From contig CAXHAT010000023.1 of the NCBI GenBank assembly GCA_964014485.1, positions 1 to 55,118 on the forward strand: a DNA stretch of 55,118 bases, read 5' to 3'. The first letter of the stretch is position 1. The number at the start of each line of letters is the position of its first letter. The DNA comes from an uncultured Deferribacteres bacterium (GTDB lineage Bacteria; Zhuqueibacterota; Zhuqueibacteria; Zhuqueibacterales; Geothermadaptataceae). This document shows, one piece after another, positions 37,602 through 45,925 of this stretch. The notes under the pieces were generated by a model. That model was not told where the DNA came from and made no database searches. It saw only the letters and a list, made by a program, of their open reading frames with translations. The position numbers were made by a program, and so were the translations under genes.

Positions 37602-38825
37602 TCAAAAATACGTCGCCAGCCCAAATTGAATATTCGCGGCCTTCGCCAGATTATTGGCGAAATCGTTCGACCACTGTCGCCAATAGCTGATTCGCAGCGT
37701 GGTGTCGGAAGTCGGACGAAATCCGACGCCCGCCGTAATGCGACGAACGTCATCGCCAATATTTTGGGCCGTCTTGTCGAATTCGCCGACGTTGAGATCG
37801 ATGTAGTCAAATCTGGTAAAAAACGACAACGCTGCGTCCGGCATATCGAAAAGCGGGCGACGCAGGAAAGTATAATTTCCCTCAAAATAAAAGCCGCGCT
37901 GACTTTCAGCGAGAAAATCGTTGTCGACATGATCCGTCGGAATGTCGATTGAAGCCGTCGCCGCTTCTCCGCGAGCCAGCAAGCGCCGCCATCGATACTC
38001 AAAATCAAAAGCGAGAATCCGAACGTTGCGTTTGTGATCGATAACATCGCCTTCAATTGAGTAAGTGTTGTAGGCTCCGGAATAGAACGACAGTCCGAAC
38101 TCGCCGCCAAAACGCGAGTTGTAGGCCAAGCGTCCCGTCAGAGCCGGCGAGCCGTTGTTGTCTTCTGCAAACGCTTCTTCTCTTTTTCCTGCCGGGATGC
38201 GCACGCCGCCCGCATCGCCGAGAACGACGCCGTCGCCCAATCCGTTCACAGCGTAGATTTCGTAGCTGAAGCGATCATAGGGTGTAGCGTAAAGCGCTCC
38301 AAAAACGCCCACGCCGACTTCAGAAAGCGTGGCGGGAATAATCTGCGTCGAAACCAGAGGGCGGTCGATGACATTGTAGCGCGGGCTGTCGTGGGTGATA
38401 TTGAAGCGTCCAATGGGCGGGAGCAGGATTCCGGCGCGCAGATTGAATGTCGTGGAAAAAAGGATATCCGCAAGAGCAGTTTCGAGGGCGATTTCTTCCG
38501 TGCCGTGCTCAAACTCCAGCTCAGAAGTCAGTTTTACTTTCTCCGAAATAGAAGAATAGAGAAAGATGTTGAAGCGGCGCTGTTCAAAGGAAAATCCTTC
38601 GGTCAAGCCTTCCGTCTGTTCATAATTTGAATTCATTTCAGCGTAGCCGCCGACGGCGGTGTTTCCCCCGAGTTTGAGAATGTAGGGGCGGTCGTAAATG
38701 CCGCCTTGTTGGAAAGGCGTCTTGGTGGAATCCGTCGTCGAAGTTTGGGCGTTAAGCTTGCCTATTCCAAACAAGAAAAAAAGTGTCGTTACCACAACGT
38801 TCTGAAACGTTTTTTTATTGAGCAT
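37602..38825 (-). CDS. Putative outer-membrane beta-barrel (OprO/P porin-like)
   Basis: Signal peptide; SELEFEHG, LRAGILLPPIGRFN..HD; terminal Phe (ATYF). Confidence 0.75.
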   Translation of the reverse strand: MLNKKTFQNVVVTTLFFLFGIGKLNAQTSTTDSTKTPFQQGGIYDRPYILKLGGNTAVGGYAEMNSNYEQTEGLTEGFSFEQRRFNIFLYSSISEKVKLTSELEFEHGTEEIALETALADILFSTTFNLRAGILLPPIGRFNITHDSPRYNVIDRPLVSTQIIPATLSEVGVGVFGALYATPYDRFSYEIYAVNGLGDGVVLGDAGGVRIPAGKREEAFAEDNNGSPALTGRLAYNSRFGGEFGLSFYSGAYNTYSIEGDVIDHKRNVRILAFDFEYRWRRLLARGEAATASIDIPTDHVDNDFLAESQRGFYFEGNYTFLRRPLFDMPDAALSFFTRFDYIDLNVGEFDKTAQNIGDDVRRITAGVGFRPTSDTTLRISYWRQWSNDFANNLAKAANIQFGLATYF

Positions 38826-38926
38826 TTTTGAGCCGAACTCTCGCGGAGGGGCGAAATAGATTCCTCCAAGATAACATTGGGGGCGTGCGCTCATTCCGCC
38901 CTTGAAAAAAAAAATGGGTAGAAACA

Positions 38927-39358
38927 TTACTTCACCTTTATCAAAAATTCGTTTTCATTTTCAATCACTTCAAAGCGCTGCAAGGGGTCAGAAGCGGGTC
39001 CTTCGGCGACCTCGCCGTCGAGCTCGAAGGCCGAGCCGTGGCACGGACACTCAAAACCGTCGGGCATCGGGCGGACTTCACAGCCGGCGTGAGTGCAAAC
39101 GGTTGAAAACGCCGTCACGCCTTGCTCGCCGATATTGCGTACAGCGATCTGGATGGGCAAATCTTGAGCACGAACCATGAGAAGCCCGCCTTTGGTCAGC
39201 AATTGTGCGTTGTCAGCCTTTGAAATTTTGATGAAACCGTTTGCCATCTCGCCGCGATAGGACGACAGGCCGCCGGCGCAGCCCGCCATAAGCGCCGGAG
39301 ATGATACGACCGCAAGGGCTCCGCCGAGTTTCCCCACAAATTCTCTTCGTGTTTGCAT
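38927..39358 (-). CDS. Tat-exported Rieske [2Fe-2S] protein (possible lipoprotein)
   Basis: TRREFV Tat motif; MAGC; CTHAGC and CPCHGS. Confidence 0.93.
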   Translation of the reverse strand: MQTRREFVGKLGGALAVVSSPALMAGCAGGLSSYRGEMANGFIKISKADNAQLLTKGGLLMVRAQDLPIQIAVRNIGEQGVTAFSTVCTHAGCEVRPMPDGFECPCHGSAFELDGEVAEGPASDPLQRFEVIENENEFLIKVK

Positions 39359-39371
39359 TTCAGGCTCCGGT

Positions 39372-40595
39372 TTAAAGCGATTTTAAAAACGCCAGCAGCG
39401 CGCTTTTGTCGTCTTCGTTCAAATTCAAAAACATGTCTCGGCTTCGGGTCGCTTCGCCGCCGTGCAAACGGATAGCTTCAGTTAAATCAGACGTACGTCC
39501 GTCGTGCAAATAGAATGGCTCGCCGCCGAGAAGATTTTCGACGATGCCAAGCCCCCAAAGCGGCGTTGTGCGCCACTCGGTTCCGGTCGCGTCGCCTTCC
39601 GGAAAATTGTCCGCCAGCTCCGTCCCCATATCGTGGAGCAGCATATCTGAGTACAACTCAACGTTTTTGAATGCCAAAGCCGCGATTGGGCTGGGGCCGG
39701 TTTCCATGGTCGGGATGTGGCAGGAAGCGCAATAAATCTCCGAAAAAATGCGTTCGCCGTTTTGCACTTCCGGCGAATCGATGTCACGGCGCAGCGGCGG
39801 TCTCAGCGTTTGCAGATAAATAACGACATTGTTGACGACCTCGGCGGAAAGTTCCGGGTCTGTCGCATTGTCGCCGACGCGATTGCCGACGAGCGGATTA
39901 AAAATTTCTTCCGGGATAAAATCTGTGGTGATCCCCATATCATCGTGGTAGGCGTTAGCGGTTTGCTGCAACAAGTTGATAGTTGTCGCCTTGCGTCCGA
40001 AGCGGCCCAGATACTTGCCGTTACGAATGACTTTGTTTCCCTGTAACTCGAGCCATTCCGGGGCTTCAACAAAGTTGGCGCGCCCGGAAATCCCGTCGCC
40101 GTCAGCATCGGACGGATCTTCATTTGCGAGGATTGTTTCATCGGGGATGGCTTCAATCAAACCAAGTCCGACGACGATTGGGCCGCCGCGCTCGGAAAAT
40201 CCTGTGGCTTCTTGCGGCAATTGTTCAGCGGGGTAGCCGGGGATTGCTCGGTCTTGTAACTGGGGGCCGCCGCGATCGACCATGTAGTCGAACTCACCGT
40301 TCGCCGTTTCCCTGCCAAATCTGACTAAGTTTGTGGACGGGTGACCGCGCCCTTCGTCGATGTGACAAGTCACGCATGCGGCTTGATTAAAGACAGGCCC
40401 AAGGCCGGTTGCCGGGGTAAAAATTTCTCCAAACGCTTCATCGCCGGCCAGATGCGCCGAAAGTTGAATCGTCGACAAATCATCAAGCGGTGCGTCAAAA
40501 ATCTGATCGTCAGGCGGCGATTCGGTCAGGATCGAATCGCAGGAGGTTAATAAAAGCGTACCCCCAAGTACAAAAAGTAAAAATTTTATCTTCAT
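39372..40595 (-). CDS. Di-heme oxidoreductase (DHOR-family) lipoprotein
   Basis: Lipobox LTSC; CVTCH and CASCH; GLGPVFN, GRFGRKA, LLHDMG, WRTTPLWG, LHDGR. Confidence 0.9.
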   Translation of the reverse strand: MKIKFLLFVLGGTLLLTSCDSILTESPPDDQIFDAPLDDLSTIQLSAHLAGDEAFGEIFTPATGLGPVFNQAACVTCHIDEGRGHPSTNLVRFGRETANGEFDYMVDRGGPQLQDRAIPGYPAEQLPQEATGFSERGGPIVVGLGLIEAIPDETILANEDPSDADGDGISGRANFVEAPEWLELQGNKVIRNGKYLGRFGRKATTINLLQQTANAYHDDMGITTDFIPEEIFNPLVGNRVGDNATDPELSAEVVNNVVIYLQTLRPPLRRDIDSPEVQNGERIFSEIYCASCHIPTMETGPSPIAALAFKNVELYSDMLLHDMGTELADNFPEGDATGTEWRTTPLWGLGIVENLLGGEPFYLHDGRTSDLTEAIRLHGGEATRSRDMFLNLNEDDKSALLAFLKSL

Positions 40596-40624
40596 CTCAC
40601 TACCCAGAAATAGTTAAGGCGAAA

Positions 40625-40652
40625 TATATTTTTAGGCTTAGCTAAAAATATA
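40625..40652. promoter_or_regulatory. DtxR/MntR-type operator upstream of the DHOR operon
   Basis: Inverted repeat tatatttttag-gcttag-ctaaaaatata; core TTTAGG-N4-GCTAAA, 30 bp upstream of the start codon. Confidence 0.6.
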
Positions 40653-41243
40653 ATCAGATACGACTAAAGCAAGCGTTTTTTATTTTGGAATTCATTTTGG
40701 TGGATTCAGTTGGGAGAAGAACGAAAATTATGTCTTGAAATTTCGTCAGTTTTGACGAATCATTTCCTTGAGATTCAAGGATTTCCTAAAGCGCAGTTTT
40801 TTGAGGAATAGGGGTAAAAAAATTAGGCCAGCCAGGAACAAGAATTGTTTTGTTCCCGGCCGGCCTAACACAGTTATTGGAATTTTATCCGGTTTTGCCC
40901 GGATGTGAGCAAATTTGCTTGAATTTCGCTTATTTGCCCGAAATTTCGAGAGCAAAAGCAATCAACGAGCAACCGCACAAGACGAATAATACTTCAAACA
41001 TTTTGCACCCTCTTCAATTTTGTTCTTTTCATCCTTTGAGTTTTTCTTTGTACAATCCCTTGTACACCCCTGTTTTGGCAAGTACCTTGCCAAAATCGAG
41101 ATAGGTCAAAAAGACAACTATTTGAGAGCGCTTCCCGGATTTTTTTGAGTACGTTAAAAATCAGAATTCATCCGGGCGGCTTGCTTGCACAGTCGATGAA
41201 GGCGCGAGACGTCATTCATTTGTTTGCAACCAAACCGTCCAGT

Positions 41244-42449
41244 TCAAATGAAAATCTGTACGCCGGGGTACGAATCCCCTTTTCTGATTGGAGGCGCGAA
41301 CCAAACTCCGCTTGCCGCAACATGCGTGAATACCGGCGAGTTCCCATCGTCGGGGCCGCCGAAATTGACGCCGCCGAGCCAATCCTTGCGCGTCAGTAAA
41401 TTCATGACGCGGGCGGGGGTATCGACAAATGAAACGAAGTTCAAGCCGACCCGAGGCCTGCCTTCAACAACGCCTTCTGAAAACTCATAGCCTTGCCTGT
41501 AAATGCGTAGCGAATCGGGATTTTCAAAGTCAAACGAGTGATGATTCGCACGCTGGACATGACTGAGCTTGATCATATCGTCTACAGCCATCGGCGGCTC
41601 GCGAAAAGGATCATAGCTTTGGTCTTCAAAAAATTCGGGAGGTCTAGGCGGGCAAGCGGAAATCGGCGAGTAGTCCCCATCTGAATTGATTAGGCCTGTG
41701 ACCGGGCATCCGGTTGGCTTATCGCGTCCAACCAGTGCTTCCTGTTCGGCCAAACTGATCGTTTCCCAAGCTTCGAGATCGACAGGCATGCGCATGAAAA
41801 CCATGTAGCAGCCGCCTTTTGTCCAAGCGTCTTGAGGTCTGGTTTGTTTAACTTCGATTGTTTGTCGGCGCTGCTCTCCGTGACGCAAGTTTGAGATCCC
41901 GTCATGGAATCCGATCCAGCTCCTGCCGTCTTTTGGTTGAAATCCCATGTAAGAACCGTTGATGTTCAATGCTTTGAGTACGCTCTCTTCTCGCGTACAT
42001 ATTCGCCACGCTTCAACAATTCCGCGCTCAACAGCCGTTTGCGTTTTTGCGGTAAACTGGACAACGACGCCGCAGTCAGCAGGATTGCGTGCGGCCGTCT
42101 TCTCATACCCGAGCCCAGCCCCTCGAAGTATCGTATTACCGACGCGGGGCTCCAAAGTTCTGAATTGATTCTTCGGCGCCAACCCGTCCGGCTCGGCTTT
42201 TTTGACGCCGTTGAGTGCGAAAATCGCTTTTCCATATCCAATCAGGAGAGCCAGTTCCGGCGATGGGATGTTTCGTTCCGGGATTCCCAAATTCACTTGA
42301 CTTTGAAACTCTTCCAGCTTTGTCCAAAGGTCATGAATCGCGGAACCAACTTCTTTCGTCGAAGCCCCTTCCTTTATGACAAAAAACAATAAGCCAAACG
42401 ATGCGGGCGCTCTCTGCCCCTCTCCCCAATATACGCCTTGTTGTAACAT
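41244..42449 (-). CDS. Dyp-type peroxidase
   Basis: GFHDG (GxxDG), QEALVGRDK, SHVQRAN, IYRQGY, GLNFVSF. Confidence 0.85.
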   Translation of the reverse strand: MLQQGVYWGEGQRAPASFGLLFFVIKEGASTKEVGSAIHDLWTKLEEFQSQVNLGIPERNIPSPELALLIGYGKAIFALNGVKKAEPDGLAPKNQFRTLEPRVGNTILRGAGLGYEKTAARNPADCGVVVQFTAKTQTAVERGIVEAWRICTREESVLKALNINGSYMGFQPKDGRSWIGFHDGISNLRHGEQRRQTIEVKQTRPQDAWTKGGCYMVFMRMPVDLEAWETISLAEQEALVGRDKPTGCPVTGLINSDGDYSPISACPPRPPEFFEDQSYDPFREPPMAVDDMIKLSHVQRANHHSFDFENPDSLRIYRQGYEFSEGVVEGRPRVGLNFVSFVDTPARVMNLLTRKDWLGGVNFGGPDDGNSPVFTHVAASGVWFAPPIRKGDSYPGVQIFI

Positions 42450-42461
42450 GTCGCCCCCCTG

Positions 42462-43691
42462 CTATCGGTTTTTATAAGCGTTTAACAGCGGAACAACAAA
42501 CTGCGCGCATTCTTTGGCTTTGTGGCAGCCGAGCGGGTTTGTCACAGACTTAACTTCGACAAAATCATCGTCCCCCAAGGTCGGACCATCCCCAATCGCC
42601 ATCAATGGCCCGACCTCAATTTTGCTGACTACGTCAAATCCTCCAGCGACGCGGCGCTCTTCGTTTCCAGTCGCCACAAAAATTTCATCGAGAAAAACCG
42701 GATCATCATCTCTCGGCCCGAATTCCAACCGTTGATACATACCGGGCTTGCCGCGTGATAATTTGACCCATTCCGGCGGAGCAGGCTTATTTTCAAAGTA
42801 AAAACTCTCCGTCAACGCCTTCACATCGGTGTTGATATAAACGCCGAGCGGATTGGCAAAGGCAACCTGTTGGCCTAGATGAGCAATGCGAGACGCAGTC
42901 AGAGCGACGGTTGCGTCAGCATGTCGGCAGGCTCGGGCATTCTGACCAAGAATTTCATATTTTGTCGCTTCGCGGCGTTTATCATCTCCCCCCATGACGA
43001 CAAACGCCTGCGCCCCCAAAGCGACAACATCAATCAAATGCTGCAACCCGTTTATGGGAACCATCATGAAAAGATTAAATTCGGCATTCAGCGTTCCGCG
43101 AGGATGCCAGCCGAACTGCGATCGGTAGCGGCCAAATCCCGCAGTATGCGCATTAAATCGTCGTTCTCGTTCATCCCACTCAACATCGTTTGGGGACTGA
43201 AGATCAGGCCCGTAAATCTCTTGCCACCTGATCTCTCGCCCAGCTATTACCTGGGTTATTTCCTTCAGCTTTTCGGGCTGGTAAGCCGCGAGAGCCCCCC
43301 AGTACTCCCGCAATTCCGTCGAAACGATGACGCGCTTCGGGCGCATTCGTCCCTTGTCATCCTTCTTGCGAACGACTTTGTATTCTGCATATTCATTATG
43401 TAAAAACAGCCTTGCCAGCAGCCCCCAATCACATAATTCGCGCGTCAAGTCTTCATCTTCGGAAAGGCAGGCGCGAACCATGGCAGGATTGATTGGCCAC
43501 TTACAGGCGTTTGTGGTTTGGCCGTTCAATAAATCGGCCGGATCGAGTAGAAATTTGCTTTTTTTACGCCTTTTCAAAGAACGGTCGGCAAGTATTTGAA
43601 TCCGCTCGTTCCAGTCGAAAATAATCTGGTCTGAAACTTCGTCCGCGAAGCCGGGAACGTCAAATATTAGTTTAACGTTTTTCGTGTTCAT
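42462..43691 (-). CDS. Uncharacterised protein cotranscribed with the Dyp peroxidase
   Basis: Long ORF ending 12 bp before dyp; motifs HNEYAEY, STELREYW, ANPLGVYI, SRG..GMYQRL. Confidence 0.75.
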   Translation of the reverse strand: MNTKNVKLIFDVPGFADEVSDQIIFDWNERIQILADRSLKRRKKSKFLLDPADLLNGQTTNACKWPINPAMVRACLSEDEDLTRELCDWGLLARLFLHNEYAEYKVVRKKDDKGRMRPKRVIVSTELREYWGALAAYQPEKLKEITQVIAGREIRWQEIYGPDLQSPNDVEWDERERRFNAHTAGFGRYRSQFGWHPRGTLNAEFNLFMMVPINGLQHLIDVVALGAQAFVVMGGDDKRREATKYEILGQNARACRHADATVALTASRIAHLGQQVAFANPLGVYINTDVKALTESFYFENKPAPPEWVKLSRGKPGMYQRLEFGPRDDDPVFLDEIFVATGNEERRVAGGFDVVSKIEVGPLMAIGDGPTLGDDDFVEVKSVTNPLGCHKAKECAQFVVPLLNAYKNR

Positions 43692-43710
43692 TAACTTTGC
43701 ACCCCATGTT

Positions 43711-43726
43711 TTCAATCAGTATGCCA
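43711..43726 (-). promoter_or_regulatory. Putative sigma54 -24/-12 promoter
   Basis: Minus strand TGGCATA-CTGA-TTGAA, about 20 bp upstream of the ATG at 43691. Confidence 0.65.
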
Positions 43727-43843
43727 CAACTAGCGAGAATCTGACCCGCAGGCTCAAAATTGGTTTGATTTTTTTTATTGAAGGGAGTTTAAATGATTGC
43801 CCTAATGGTTTTATTCGCTCTGTTCTTAGCAACGCCCCAGCAG

Positions 43844-43945
43844 TCGTAAAATTTTGCGTACAGATATGCGTACCAAAGATCAGATCTCGCTCGCAAATTT
43901 TTACGATTTTGCATTATACGCTCACAAACTCGTAGAAATTTACGA
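43844..43945. promoter_or_regulatory. Three 16-bp palindromic candidate enhancer (UAS) sites
   Basis: tcgtaaaattttgcgt (43844), tcgcaaatttttacga (43891), tcgtagaaatttacga (43930); consensus TCGYA-N6-TRCGW. Confidence 0.7.
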
Positions 43946-45490
43946 TTTCCCGATTCCATACTTGGCCATTTTGTTCCGAATTGTGCCTTCCGTGACGCCG
44001 AGAGCAACCGAAGCGCGCGAGCGATTCCAGTTGTGACGAATGAGCGCTTTTTCGATATGCGGCGCTTCAGCCTTTGCAACAACTTCAGCAAGCGAAGCTA
44101 GCGACTCTTCCTTCGTTTTTTGTCGCTGGAAGGCGTCAAACGCTTCCTTAAAATCTTGCGGAAGGTTGGCGCGTCGAATGATGTTGACGTTTTCGGGAAG
44201 CTTGGCCGCCAAGCGCTCGACGAAGTTCCGTAATTCCCGTATATTTCCTTCCCAGGGATACTCTCTTAAGAATGTGATCACATCTTGTGCAAACTTGCTC
44301 GCATTTTTCTTTTGCGCTTCGGGAGAAATATCCAAAAAATGGTATGCAAGCATACGGATGTCTTCTCGCCTTTCGGCCAGAGACGGAATGCGAAAATGGT
44401 AGACTAGTAGCCGATACATGAGGTCTTCGCGAAACTTGCCTCCGTTGACAAGCTCTTGTAGCGACGTCTGCGATGCTGCAATAATTCTGACATTGACCTG
44501 TGTCGTTTTCGTACCTCCGACCGGACGAATCTCACGGCTCTCCAAAAACCTCAACAGCTTGGCTTGCTGAGCAAGAGGGATGTTTTGCACTTCGTCCAGA
44601 AAAACCACACCGTTGTTGGACGCCGCAAGCAATCCTTCCCAATCTTCTTCGGCGCCTGTAAAAGCGCCTTTCTTGTGACCAAAAAGCGTACTCTCCAACA
44701 AGTTCTCGGGAATAGTGCTGAAATCAATAGGCGTAAACGGAGCTTTGCCGCGATCACTGAATTTATGGATGAGTTCCGCGACAACTTCTTTTCCCGTCCC
44801 AGTAGCGCCTTCGATGAAAACGGTTGAGACGCTTTTCGCGGCAGTGTCGATTTGTTTGACGAGCTTGCGGATGGTTTCACTGCGTCCCTTCAAGCCAGCT
44901 TCGTTGTATTTCTTCAGTAGACCTTCATCATCGACATGGGCGAAGTACTCTTTGATTTTTTGGCTATTGCGCAGATGTGGAGAGATGACGCAGACGAAGC
45001 GTTCGAGCAGATCAAGGTCTTGTTTGGAGAATACGGGGCCGTTCAGCCGATTGACAAGCATTAAAGAGCCGAGGAATTGGCCTTCAGCCTCGAGAGCGCT
45101 GGCTATAATGGATTGAGCGTCATGAGTATGCGTCACTTGTTTCCGCAGTCTTTCGTCGTCTTTGGCGTCCCTACAGAAAAACGGCTTTCGATTTTGATAA
45201 ATCCAGTAGTTGACGGAGTATTGTATATGTTTGTCTTTCTCCGCCTTACTCGATTTACCTTTCCCTTGAATCATTCTGACTGTTTCGTTGGTTTGCGGGT
45301 TCATCATAAGCAGGAAGGCTTCGTGAGCCGCAAACAATTGCTTCGCTTCGTAACGGGATAAGCGAAGGATCTCTTCGAAGTCGTCGATGGCGGCGAGCGT
45401 CTTTGCCAGTTCCGTAATTCGCACCAGAGCATGAAGTCGGTTCGACTCCGGCGTTTTTGCAGTTCTCTTAAAAACATTCATTTTCGCCAC
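43940..45490 (-). CDS. GAF-domain sigma54-dependent transcriptional activator (Fis HTH)
   Basis: N-terminal GAF; GATGTGKE; ESTLFGHKKGAFTGA; FLDEV; WEGNIRELRN; HTH. Confidence 0.92.
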   Translation of the reverse strand: MAKMNVFKRTAKTPESNRLHALVRITELAKTLAAIDDFEEILRLSRYEAKQLFAAHEAFLLMMNPQTNETVRMIQGKGKSSKAEKDKHIQYSVNYWIYQNRKPFFCRDAKDDERLRKQVTHTHDAQSIIASALEAEGQFLGSLMLVNRLNGPVFSKQDLDLLERFVCVISPHLRNSQKIKEYFAHVDDEGLLKKYNEAGLKGRSETIRKLVKQIDTAAKSVSTVFIEGATGTGKEVVAELIHKFSDRGKAPFTPIDFSTIPENLLESTLFGHKKGAFTGAEEDWEGLLAASNNGVVFLDEVQNIPLAQQAKLLRFLESREIRPVGGTKTTQVNVRIIAASQTSLQELVNGGKFREDLMYRLLVYHFRIPSLAERREDIRMLAYHFLDISPEAQKKNASKFAQDVITFLREYPWEGNIRELRNFVERLAAKLPENVNIIRRANLPQDFKEAFDAFQRQKTKEESLASLAEVVAKAEAPHIEKALIRHNWNRSRASVALGVTEGTIRNKMAKYGIGKS

Positions 45491-45558
45491 TCGGTTTAAA
45501 AAAGTGTTCCGATTTCCGTTCAGTTTAAAAGTTACGACAGTCTAAAAATCTGAGCGTT

Positions 45559-45777
45559 TTACTTGGATTTTTTTCCTGACATAGCGCTGTTCATCATTGC
45601 TTCGGTTGTCATCTGCCGATCAATAACCACTTGCAGCGTATCATTGATCGTTTTCAGAAAACAATATAGATCTTCATCGAAACCTTGCAAGCGGGTCATG
45701 TCGGGCATAGGGCCGGTTAGTTTTCCGCGATTTACGGCGTTCGGATCAGAAATAACATCAGGCCAATCGTCAATCAT
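45559..45777 (-). CDS. Small hypothetical protein (72 aa)
   Basis: AAAGGAG RBS upstream of ATG 45777; MIDDWPDVISDPNAVNRG...; lies between the kinase and activator genes. Confidence 0.6.
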   Translation of the reverse strand: MIDDWPDVISDPNAVNRGKLTGPMPDMTRLQGFDEDLYCFLKTINDTLQVVIDRQMTTEAMMNSAMSGKKSK

Positions 45778-45925
45778 GGCAGACTCCTTTTGTATGGAAT
45801 TGTTAATGGATTGATTTTCAGATTCTCGGCCGGTAAGCAAACCCCAGTTCTTATCCCCCTGGAATTGTCCCCCGAAAAACTGAAACGCTTCAGAACGGAA
45901 ACCGAAACGCGCAATTAGTAGACAA

